Source: Haloferax volcanii DS2 (lineage in GTDB: Archaea > Halobacteriota > Halobacteria > Halobacteriales > Haloferacaceae). From it: a stretch of 32,000 nt of DNA. Position 1 is the first letter of the stretch. The number at the start of each line of letters is the position of its first letter. Made by a program: the position numbers and the translations under genes. Below the pieces are notes generated by a model, which was not told the origin of the DNA, searched no databases, and saw only the letters and a program-made list of their open reading frames with translations. The stretch spans positions 1,890,001 to 1,922,000 of the forward strand of contig NC_013967.1 in the NCBI RefSeq assembly GCF_000025685.1, read 5' to 3'. Shown piece by piece: positions 18,129-25,382 of this stretch.

Positions 18129-18181
18129 GTACTCGTTGTGTCGATGAAAATGTAAATATATGCTGCCTCTGTTGGTGGCAT
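18129..18181. promoter_or_regulatory. Compact divergent promoter region between rmlD and rmlB
   Basis: Only 53 bp separate the two divergent start codons. The spacer contains the AT-rich core gaaaatgtaaatatatg within otherwise GC-rich DNA, implying very short or leaderless transcripts. Confidence 0.4.
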
Positions 18182-19114
18182 ATGGACGTACTCGTTACTG
18201 GTGGTGCCGGATTCATCGGTTCGAACTTCGTGCGGTATCTGCTCGACAACAGCGACGATTCCGTCGTCACGCTTGACGCGCTCACCTACGCCGGGTCGCG
18301 TGACAATCTCGCCGGCTATCTCGACCACCCGAACCATCGGTTCGTCGAGGGTGACATCCGAGACCGCGAGCTTGTTGACGACCTCGTGGCCGATGCCGAT
18401 GTCATCGTGAACTTTGCTGCGGAGTCGCACGTCGACCGCTCCATCGGTGGGGCCGAGCCGTTCGTCTCGACGAACGTCCAGGGGACTCAGACGCTCCTCG
18501 ACGCCGCCCTCGATGCGGATATCGACCGGTTCCTCCAGATTTCGACCGACGAGGTGTACGGCGAGATTCACGACGGGAAGTTCACGGAAGACGACCCACT
18601 CGCGCCGCGAAATCCCTACTCGGCGACGAAAGCCGGTGCGGACCTGCTCGTTCGGAGCTACCGAGAAACCCACGACCTGCCGACGCTCATCACGCGGACC
18701 TGCAACAACTTCGGTCCGCGCCAGCACCCGGAAAAACTCATTCCGAAGTTCATCCAGCGCGCCGCGAACGGCGAGACGCTCCCGGTCTACGGCGACGGCT
18801 CGAACGTCCGCGAGTGGATTTACGTCGAAGACAACTGTGCAGCGCTCGATGTCGTCCTCCGAGAGGGCGATATCGGCGAGGTGTACAACATCGGCAGCGG
18901 CGTCGAACTGTCGAACCTCGAAACGACGGAGAAGATTCTTGAGGCAGTTGGCGGCTCAGAAGACCAAATCGAATTCGTTGAGGACCGCGCGGGCCACGAC
19001 CAGCGCTATGCCATCGACGCGACAAAGACGAAGGCGCTCGGCTGGGAGCCCGAGTGGAGCTTCGAAGACGGCCTTGAGGCGTGTGTCGACTACTACCTCG
19101 GTGACGACGAATAG
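18182..19114 (+). CDS. rmlB: dTDP-glucose 4,6-dehydratase
   Basis: The ORF track starts at 18119; ATG 18182 gives MDVLVTGGAGFIGSNF. It also has YSATKAGADLLV (YxxxK) and the extended-SDR block NNFGPRQHPEKLIP. Possibly Agl12 (from memory). Confidence 0.9.
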   Translation: MDVLVTGGAGFIGSNFVRYLLDNSDDSVVTLDALTYAGSRDNLAGYLDHPNHRFVEGDIRDRELVDDLVADADVIVNFAAESHVDRSIGGAEPFVSTNVQGTQTLLDAALDADIDRFLQISTDEVYGEIHDGKFTEDDPLAPRNPYSATKAGADLLVRSYRETHDLPTLITRTCNNFGPRQHPEKLIPKFIQRAANGETLPVYGDGSNVREWIYVEDNCAALDVVLREGDIGEVYNIGSGVELSNLETTEKILEAVGGSEDQIEFVEDRAGHDQRYAIDATKTKALGWEPEWSFEDGLEACVDYYLGDDE

Positions 19115-19585
19115 ATGGCTGACCAGCGCAACCAGGCGGATAAGCCGACCACGAGGATTCCCGACGACGAGTGGGAAGCAATCGTCGCGAACGTTCCGCT
19201 GGTCTCCGTCGACCTCGTGATTCGCCACGAGGGCGGTGTTCTCCTCGGGTTCCGTGAGAACGAACCCGCACGCGGTGAGTGGTTCGTCCCCGGTGGGACC
19301 GTATTCAAAAACGAGACGCTGACGGATGCCCTCTACCGGGTCGCCGACGAAGAGCTAGGCGTGGACGTGACGATCGAGTCACGACTCGGTACGTTCGAAC
19401 ACTTCTACGACACGTCGGACGTAGAGGGCATCGACTCAAAGCATTATCTTGCGACCGCGTTTGAGGTGACGCTTGACGACGACAACCTCGAAATGGACAC
19501 TCAGCACAGCCAACTGAAGGTCTTCGAACCACCGTACGAAGGTCTCCACCCCTACGTCGAGCGGTATCTAGACGCGCTCGACTGA
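19115..19585 (+). CDS. Nudix hydrolase (GDP-mannose mannosyl hydrolase/NudD-like subfamily)
   Basis: Nudix box GTVFKNETLTDALYRVADEELGV, preceded by EWFVPGG. The ATG directly abuts the rmlB stop (TAGATG). Confidence 0.8.
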   Translation: MADQRNQADKPTTRIPDDEWEAIVANVPLVSVDLVIRHEGGVLLGFRENEPARGEWFVPGGTVFKNETLTDALYRVADEELGVDVTIESRLGTFEHFYDTSDVEGIDSKHYLATAFEVTLDDDNLEMDTQHSQLKVFEPPYEGLHPYVERYLDALD

Positions 19586-19650
19586 GGTTGAAAAACAATT
19601 CTTTGTCAGATCGGAGCGATAGCGTGAGAGAATCGAGAGTCGGAGGTGAG

Positions 19651-20892
19651 TTATTCCCCAAGAGAGCCCAACAGGAACGACCCAAAGACCATCTGCAACC
19701 CGATCACCACAGCCACGGTCGCCACAACATCAGCAACCGCGATAGGCAACGCACTGAACCCACTCGTCACCCACGTGAACGCAAGGAGCCCACCGTAGGC
19801 CAGCCCGCAGAGCAACACCACAGACCCGATCGTCGCCCCTCGCTCCAAGGAAATGCGCTCCGTAAACCAGGTCGTAAACGGATCGGAAGCCCCGCGAACC
19901 GGATCCGAAGACACCGTCGAGAAGGCCCCGAACAGCATCAACTGGAAGCCGGCGAGCGTCAGCAGGCCACCACCAATCCCGGTGTGAATCCCGAACTGCG
20001 CCCCACCGACCTCCACACCGCTCCAGGCCAACACCAGCGCCAACACGCCAATCACAGACAACCCGAACCCAGGCGCGGAAAACAGATACCCCGGCGCGTT
20101 CACGAGCATGAACCGGACGTGTCGCCAGCCGTCGGGGAAGCTCTCCAGGTTGGCCTCGCCCTCGCGGGGGTGGTAGGTAATCGGCTTTTCTTTAATCTCC
20201 AAGTCCTTCGCGCCGGCCTCCATAATCATCTCGCTGGCGAACTCCATGCCCGTCGACGAACAGTCCATGGTCTCCCAGGCGTCGCGGCTAAACACGCGCA
20301 TCCCACTATGCGCGTCACTGACGCCAGCGCCGTAGAAGACGTTCAAGAACTTCGTCAACAGTGGATTCCCGACGTGTTCGTGCAGCGGCGGCATCGACCC
20401 GGGGAGAATCTCGCCCTCCAGTCGCGACCCCATGGCCATGTCGGCGTCGCCGGAGCGAACCATGTTCAACAGCTTGGGAAGCTCCTCGAAGTCGTAGGTG
20501 CAGTCGGCGTCGCCCATGGCGATGTAGTCGCCGCGGACGCGCTCGAACGCGTACAGATACGCGTAGCCGTAGCCCTTGCCGTCGGGCTCGATGACAATCG
20601 CCCCGTTTTCCGCCGCAATCTCGGGCGTGCGGTCGGTCGAGCTGTCCGCGACGACGACCTCGCCGTAAATCTGCATGTCTTCGAGGGCGGCTTTGACCCA
20701 CTCGATACACTGGGCGATGCCACCTTCTTCGTTGAGGGTGGGCATCACGACCGAGAGGGTGGGTGCGATATCACTGTCTGCGGACAGCAGTAGCTCGTCA
20801 CCGCTGTGGTGGATGTCCGAGGCAGACTGCCCGTTCGTCGCTCCCTGCTGTGGAGCGTCTACGGGGGATTCTGATTGGGATCTCGTGCTCAT
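19651..20892 (-). CDS. GT2 dolichyl-phosphate-sugar synthase-like glycosyltransferase with C-terminal TM domain
   Basis: 413 aa with LSVVMPTLNEE, VVVADSSTDRT, the DxD motif in GDADCTYD and GMRVFSRDAW, then ~4 C-terminal TM spans (YLFSAPGFGLSVIGVLALVLAW ...). Confidence 0.85.
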   Translation of the reverse strand: MSTRSQSESPVDAPQQGATNGQSASDIHHSGDELLLSADSDIAPTLSVVMPTLNEEGGIAQCIEWVKAALEDMQIYGEVVVADSSTDRTPEIAAENGAIVIEPDGKGYGYAYLYAFERVRGDYIAMGDADCTYDFEELPKLLNMVRSGDADMAMGSRLEGEILPGSMPPLHEHVGNPLLTKFLNVFYGAGVSDAHSGMRVFSRDAWETMDCSSTGMEFASEMIMEAGAKDLEIKEKPITYHPREGEANLESFPDGWRHVRFMLVNAPGYLFSAPGFGLSVIGVLALVLAWSGVEVGGAQFGIHTGIGGGLLTLAGFQLMLFGAFSTVSSDPVRGASDPFTTWFTERISLERGATIGSVVLLCGLAYGGLLAFTWVTSGFSALPIAVADVVATVAVVIGLQMVFGSFLLGSLGE

Positions 20893-21355
20893 GTACTGGA
20901 TTCCTCCGTGTCACTAGTGGGTGTGCCTGCGAGGGGCTGCGAGCGTACACACTCCGAGTTGACGCGTACTATCAGATAGACGAAAGCACACCTATAAAGA
21001 ATTTGGCCTCTTACGACTTCCAGGATATCCTAGGACTTACGAGACCTCTATAGTGAGAACCACGGACCGAGGAGTTCAACCGCAAAACCCACAGGTATGT
21101 CGTCAAAAAATCTCTGTATTTCCACGACTGTTCAGGCCGGTTCGAGGATGGACACGCGCTGTGACGCCGAGGCTGAGCGGTCGCCGCGGCCGAACTCGAA
21201 CCGAGTCGTCGGTGTGCGTCGAGCGCGGCACAACCCCCTGACGACGGCGTGTCGCTCGCGGTCTCCCGCGGCGTACCGGTGCGTTTGGGACCACAGCACT
21301 AACGGACGTATGGCTGTTTTATCTAGCTGCTGTTACTGCTCGTCGACACGCTCGC

Positions 21356-21361
21356 AAAAAA
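21356..21361 (-). terminator. Oligo-T (T6 on minus strand) putative archaeal terminator of the pilin gene
   Basis: A6 on the plus strand (ctcgcAAAAAAgtc) lies 18 nt downstream of the pilin stop codon. Archaeal termination typically uses oligo-T tracts. Confidence 0.4.
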
Positions 21362-21378
21362 GTCGGTCAGTGGTTCGT

Positions 21379-21816
21379 TCAGCCGTTGTACGTCCAGCTC
21401 TGGAGCGTCGAAGAGCTGGAGCCGGAGTCGGAGGTCCAGATTACGCGGACCGTTTCGCCGGAGTCGAACGAGCTGCCGTTCGCAGTGACGGTAATCGAGC
21501 TCCCTGCGGTGATTTCGGTCGCTGAACCGTCGATGTCCGCCCAGGTTTTGCCGTCGTCACCCACGGGTCCCGAGATAGAGACGCTGTCTGCATCAATCGA
21601 GGTTCCGCTTTCGTGGGTAATCGTGAGGTTTCCTGACGTGTTGGTGTAGTCGAAGTCGAAACTCGCTTGCGGCGACGTTTCGCTGACTTGGTCGCCGAGA
21701 CCGAGGACGAACGTGCCGATGACGGCCGCGAGAATGACCGTAATCGCGACCATGAGAATCACACCGATAACCGGTGAGACGGCGGAATCGTCGTTGAAGA
21801 GAGTTGTGAGTTGCAT
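21379..21816 (-). CDS. pilA: Type IV pilin-like protein (class III signal peptide, PilA-type H-domain)
   Basis: The internal ATG at 21816 gives MQLTTLFNDDSAVSPVIGVILMVAITVILAAVIGTFVLGLG, the conserved haloarchaeal pilin N-terminus. It is followed by a Ser/Thr-rich secreted domain. The 135-aa upstream extension in the ORF track is R/C-rich and implausible. Confidence 0.85.
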   Translation of the reverse strand: MQLTTLFNDDSAVSPVIGVILMVAITVILAAVIGTFVLGLGDQVSETSPQASFDFDYTNTSGNLTITHESGTSIDADSVSISGPVGDDGKTWADIDGSATEITAGSSITVTANGSSFDSGETVRVIWTSDSGSSSSTLQSWTYNG

Positions 21817-22043
21817 TGGATACTCCTGCGCCCGGACAGGGAGTGGTCGACGCGCGATGCCGACAGTCGAAGCGACGTTCCGTTCGGCGCTCGTCGACGA
21901 CGTGACCCACCTGCGGGGCTTAGATAGCCATTCGAACGGCTTGCTATTAAAAGCAGAGTGAGCAATCGTAACATAGCACGGGCGGTCTGCACCGGAGTCG
22001 TCGCGGGTCGGCCGACGCGCGCGCGGCCGCCCATCAACGTCAA

Positions 22044-22095
22044 TCGGCGGCGGTCCATCCGTTGTCGCATCGGCGGCGGTCCATCCGTTGTCGCA
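22044..22095. repeat. Perfect 26-bp tandem duplication (2 copies)
   Basis: TCGGCGGCGGTCCATCCGTTGTCGCA occurs at 22044-22069 and again at 22070-22095, about 230 bp upstream of the pilin ATG. Confidence 0.9.
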
Positions 22096-22160
22096 GTCAC
22101 CACGCACGCGACCGCATCGGCAACGAGCGAACGCTGTGTGAGGACACTTCGACGACCAAA

Positions 22161-22354
22161 TTCTCAGATATAGATATGTTATATGTTTCTGATAAATAAA
22201 ATCGAACTCCAAATCCGGCATCTAAATATATATGAAAATGCGAATTTAATCACGAATACTCTCTGAAAACACACTTTATATGGAGGAATATGTAATTAAA
22301 CTCGAATATCTGAGCATATACTCATGATCTCCTGCTGTGAATTATATCTGAGAA
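22161..22354. repeat. 194-bp AT-rich segment bounded by 12-bp perfect inverted repeats (MITE-like or regulatory)
   Basis: TTCTCAGATATA at 22161-22172 is the exact reverse complement of TATATCTGAGAA at 22343-22354. The interior is strongly AT-rich inside GC-rich DNA, with a third partial copy AATATCTGAG at 22305-22314. No target duplication is seen. Confidence 0.35.
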
Positions 22355-22501
22355 GCGATTAGATTCAAAATTAACCCGAATATTTACTATTTCTATCACG
22401 GCCGGCGTGCGACGCGAGATGACTCGTCGGTCGCCTAGCCAGTCGTCTCGGCGGGAGACCCACAACACGCGGAACCGATTCCGACTGCGGTGAGAAGAGC
22501 G

Positions 22502-22663
22502 TCAGTCGGCGTCGTTCTGTTCCGTTCGGTCAGCCACTCCGTCCCACGCACAGAGTTGCAGCGCGTTCCGGAGGTGGAAGTCTTTCTCGTCGGGATCGTC
22601 CGTTTCGAGTGCTTTGTAGAGGTGATCTTTGGTCTGCTCGACGAACCGGGACGGCCCACTCAT
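22502..22663 (-). CDS. 53-aa acidic hypothetical protein
   Basis: My own translation: MSGPSRFVEQTKDHLYKALETDDPDEKDFHLRNALQLCAWDGVADRTEQNDAD. It has haloarchaeal-type acidic composition, unlike the three overlapping R-rich ORFs of the track. It is below the track length cutoff. Confidence 0.4.
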   Translation of the reverse strand: MSGPSRFVEQTKDHLYKALETDDPDEKDFHLRNALQLCAWDGVADRTEQNDAD

Positions 22664-22945
22664 CGCTGTGACGCCCCCATATCAGTCGTTCCCTGCCCAG
22701 GGACATCCCGAGTACCGCGACGTACCAAATTGTACAACCCAACCATCATGTCCAGTAGCTAATCTAATCTAAAAAGTGTTTCTAGACCGTCTACCTCTTA
22801 TGTGGTGGCTTCCTGGTGCGTCCTGATTCAAGCCGGGACACCGACAATTCTGCGACACGAAGACGCGAAGACCTGACCCCCAGTCGGCTTGAGACGGTTG
22901 AACTGAGATTCGGCCCGAGTTGGCCGAGGAAACCGGACCGTAGTA

Positions 22946-23443
22946 CTAGTCTCGGGCGAACCCGACCTGGTAGTAATCGGGCGTTTCGGGGCAGTCTTTT
23001 TTCTTTCGCGTCCAGCGGTACGTGCTGTCCGTGTCGATGCTGTTGTCTCGCGTGTAGATTCGGAGCAGTTCCCCTTCGAGCGGGCCGCTCTCGTATTTGA
23101 AGTTCCACCACGGGAACGGGAGCGCGCCGCCTTTCCCCGGGGGGAACCGTCCGCCTTGGCCGTTACACCGGAACGGAAGCGAGTCATCGCGACAGGAGCC
23201 GTCGGGCGTCCGGTTGTCGCACGTTTCGGCTTCGAGAATGACGAACGACTCCTCTGGGTAGTACTCGTCTTCCTTGACGACCGCTTGGCCGCCTTTGCCG
23301 TTGGCGGCTGCTGTCCCCGTGGCGAGGAAGAGCGCCCCCGCACCGGCTGACGCTTGCAGCACCCGTCGGCGCGAGACTCCCTCGGAGCCAGACGTCTCCC
23401 GGTCGGCCGCCGACGTACCCGGCGAATTTGACAGTGGCATCAT
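22946..23443 (-). CDS. Tat-secreted small Cys-containing protein (hypothetical)
   Basis: The start at the MM pair (23443) gives MMPLSNSPG...SRRRVLQASAGAGALFLATG, a twin-arginine signal. The mature part has 4 Cys and an aromatic PFPWWNFKY block. Confidence 0.7.
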   Translation of the reverse strand: MMPLSNSPGTSAADRETSGSEGVSRRRVLQASAGAGALFLATGTAAANGKGGQAVVKEDEYYPEESFVILEAETCDNRTPDGSCRDDSLPFRCNGQGGRFPPGKGGALPFPWWNFKYESGPLEGELLRIYTRDNSIDTDSTYRWTRKKKDCPETPDYYQVGFARD

Positions 23444-23565
23444 ACAGCCCACTCGGACGACGCTAATCAAGATTCCGTCAGACAGCTGTTCGCTGGCTGT
23501 CGTGTCGGGCCCGACGCCATATTTATAATGATTGTTGATGAATTATATGGTGGAGGTCGCTACGG

Positions 23566-23850
23566 ATGTACAATCAACACGGGGGAGTGCCCGACGATGA
23601 CCAATCAACACAGCGAGTAATCCAACCGGCGGAGATTAACGCGACTGAGCACTACGTTTGTAGCCTCATCGGTCTCGTCACCATGGTCGGAGTGGTCGTT
23701 TTCTTTACCCCGCTTTTGGTCGCACTCACGCGACCCTTCCAGCAACTGTCGGCTACCGCCTTCGTCTTCGTCCTCGCGACGGTCTGGTTGCTCGTCTGGC
23801 TGGGGACGGAACTGGTATGGGAATGGCAAACCGGACGACTCTTCCCCTGA
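23566..23850 (+). CDS. Small 2-TM membrane protein (hypothetical)
   Basis: 94 aa with an acidic N-terminus followed by two hydrophobic spans (LIGLVTMVGVVVFFTPLLVAL; AFVFVLATVWLLVWLG). The TATA-like ATTTATAAT at 23521-23529 lies ~40 nt upstream. Confidence 0.5.
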   Translation: MYNQHGGVPDDDQSTQRVIQPAEINATEHYVCSLIGLVTMVGVVVFFTPLLVALTRPFQQLSATAFVFVLATVWLLVWLGTELVWEWQTGRLFP

Positions 23851-23953
23851 GCCGCTTTTCGGCTAATCTCGGTCGTGAGCGACGGGAAAGCACGCCGACA
23901 TCGGTGACTTGTCAATTATTCATCGAATCTACCGATTCCTCCCTCACCTAGTA

Positions 23954-24003
23954 TTAGGCCGGCCTAAAAACCGATGGCTTTTTATTTATTTAGGTAAGCC
24001 TAA
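23954..24003. promoter_or_regulatory. Two TTAGG-N4-CCTAA palindromes flanking a TATA-like box (operator-like promoter)
   Basis: TTAGGCCGGCCTAA (23954-23967) and TTAGGTAAGCCTAA (23990-24003) bracket ggcTTTTTATTTAT (23977-23989). The ATG at 24011 is ~26 nt from the TATA centre, consistent with a leaderless transcript. Confidence 0.45.
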
Positions 24004-24010
24004 AGTCTGC

Positions 24011-25219
24011 ATGACCGCGAAAATCGACCGCGAAACGGGCGGAATAGTTGGATTAGTAATGCTTCTTTGTTTACTCACGGTTGGGAGTGTGGTGGGTGCT
24101 GCGGCAGCGGCACCCGCGCATACCGCCGTTACCGGAGTGAGTGTCTCCGAGGAGGACCCCGAAACGGGCGACCGTATTATAATTACACCGACAATTAGTC
24201 ATTCTGGGTCGGGGAGCGGCAGTTTCGAAGTCACGGAGGTAACGGTGGAGGACAGCTCTGGAACGAAACATAGCGAAGCGAACCAAATCGGCGTGCTCGG
24301 CGCTGGCGACACCGCCGAAGTGCCGGTGAGCGCGCGCTTCGACACTGCCGGTGATAAGCGACTGACGGTGCACGTCCGCGGTCGCTATTACGACTCCGAC
24401 GGTGCGACCTCGGAAATCGTCCACCTCAAGCGTCCGGTGTTCGTCACGGTCTCGGAACCGAGCACGTCGACGACGGTTCCGCCCCGCGTCCACATCGAGA
24501 CGCACAACGCAGTCGCCGAGACTGACACCACCGTGACCGTCAAGGTGTCGAACGGTGACGACGAGGCGCTGACGGACCTGTCGCTTCGACTCGACTCGGT
24601 CGACGGCGAAATGCAGAGTCGGACCGCGATCACGCCGGTTCTCGCCGCGGAGAACTCGACGACCTACGACTTCACGGTCGAACCGTCCGAGGCGGGCGAA
24701 ACCGCGCTCAAGGCGACGCTCCGCTACAACGACGGCGAATCCGTCGAAGCGTTCGACACCGTCCAGGTCGAGCCGCTTCGGGACGACGTGTCGGTCTACG
24801 CGACCGCCTTCGAGGAAAACGACACGGTCTCCGTTCGGTACCGCGTCACCAACCACGGGAACGCACCCATCGACGACGTCGTCATCTCGGGCGTGTCGAA
24901 CGAGTCGCTGCTGCCGACGACCTCGCTCCAGTCGGTCGATGCCGCGACTTCGAAGACGGTCGTCGTCGACGTGAACGAGCGCCCGTCGAGCACCGCAACG
25001 GTCGCGGCAACCTACGACATCGGCGAGACGACTGGTCAGGCGACGCAGTCGGTGCAGTTCGATTCGTCGGCAGCTTCGACAGGTACGAACGCGCTCACCG
25101 TGAACCTCGGCAGCGCAGACCCGTCGAACACGTCGACGTTCCTCCTGAGCGGCTTCTTCGGCGGGCTCGTGGTGACCGCGCTGTTGTTCACTGGCCGCCG
25201 GTGGGTCCGAGACGACTGA
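24011..25219 (+). CDS. Secreted CARDB/COG1361-like repeat surface protein with C-terminal TM anchor
   Basis: The internal ATG at 24011 gives MTAKIDRETGGIVGLVMLLCLLTVGSVVGAAAAAP (signal peptide). Repeated Ig-like segments follow (VTVKVSNGDDEALTDL, VRYRVTNHGNAPIDDV). The C-terminus is STFLLSGFFGGLVVTALLFTGRRWVRDD. Confidence 0.75.
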   Translation: MTAKIDRETGGIVGLVMLLCLLTVGSVVGAAAAAPAHTAVTGVSVSEEDPETGDRIIITPTISHSGSGSGSFEVTEVTVEDSSGTKHSEANQIGVLGAGDTAEVPVSARFDTAGDKRLTVHVRGRYYDSDGATSEIVHLKRPVFVTVSEPSTSTTVPPRVHIETHNAVAETDTTVTVKVSNGDDEALTDLSLRLDSVDGEMQSRTAITPVLAAENSTTYDFTVEPSEAGETALKATLRYNDGESVEAFDTVQVEPLRDDVSVYATAFEENDTVSVRYRVTNHGNAPIDDVVISGVSNESLLPTTSLQSVDAATSKTVVVDVNERPSSTATVAATYDIGETTGQATQSVQFDSSAASTGTNALTVNLGSADPSNTSTFLLSGFFGGLVVTALLFTGRRWVRDD

Positions 25220-25382
25220 GAGCTGAGCACTGAGCCCGCACACTCCCGTCGGTCGGTCCCCGCTGTCCCTCCCGTCGCCGTGACGACCCTTCTTTCCGAC
25301 ATTCGACAGCAAGCGACCCGCGACTGTCACCTCGCGTAACGCACTCGCACGACGCCTCCCAGCGCCGCGTGTGCCGTCGAAC

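Noticed and set aside
17966-18727. 253-aa minus-strand ORF overlapping rmlB and the rmlD start; also alternative-frame ORFs inside rmlA (16365..17048, 16549..16923) and rmlD (17286..17894)
   Set aside because: These overlap genes with textbook motifs in another frame or strand, and their compositions are R/S/T-rich.
19588-20793. 401-aa plus-strand ORF antisense to the GT2 gene
   Set aside because: R/P/H/Q-rich low-complexity translation with no recognisable domain. It mirrors a well-supported minus-strand gene, and long stop-free antisense frames are expected in high-GC DNA.
21817-22221. 135-aa N-terminal extension of the pilin ORF in the track (start at 22221)
   Set aside because: The extension is R/C/W-rich, runs through the tandem repeat and the AT-rich DNA, and would bury the class III signal peptide. 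ATG 21816 gives a canonical pilin N-terminus.
22150-22400. AT-rich block considered as a replication origin
   Set aside because: No orc1/cdc6 gene is adjacent and I could not find ORB-like repeats (e.g. a CCAGTGGAAA-type core with a G-string). The 12-bp inverted repeat fits a MITE-like or regulatory reading better.
23909-24010. 34-aa N-terminal extension of the CARDB-like ORF; similarly 2101..2175, 5849..5896, 15426..15449, 18119..18181 and 9290..9298
   Set aside because: These extensions use non-ATG starts or run through TATA-like promoter sequence, giving atypical residues. Internal ATGs yield canonical N-termini.
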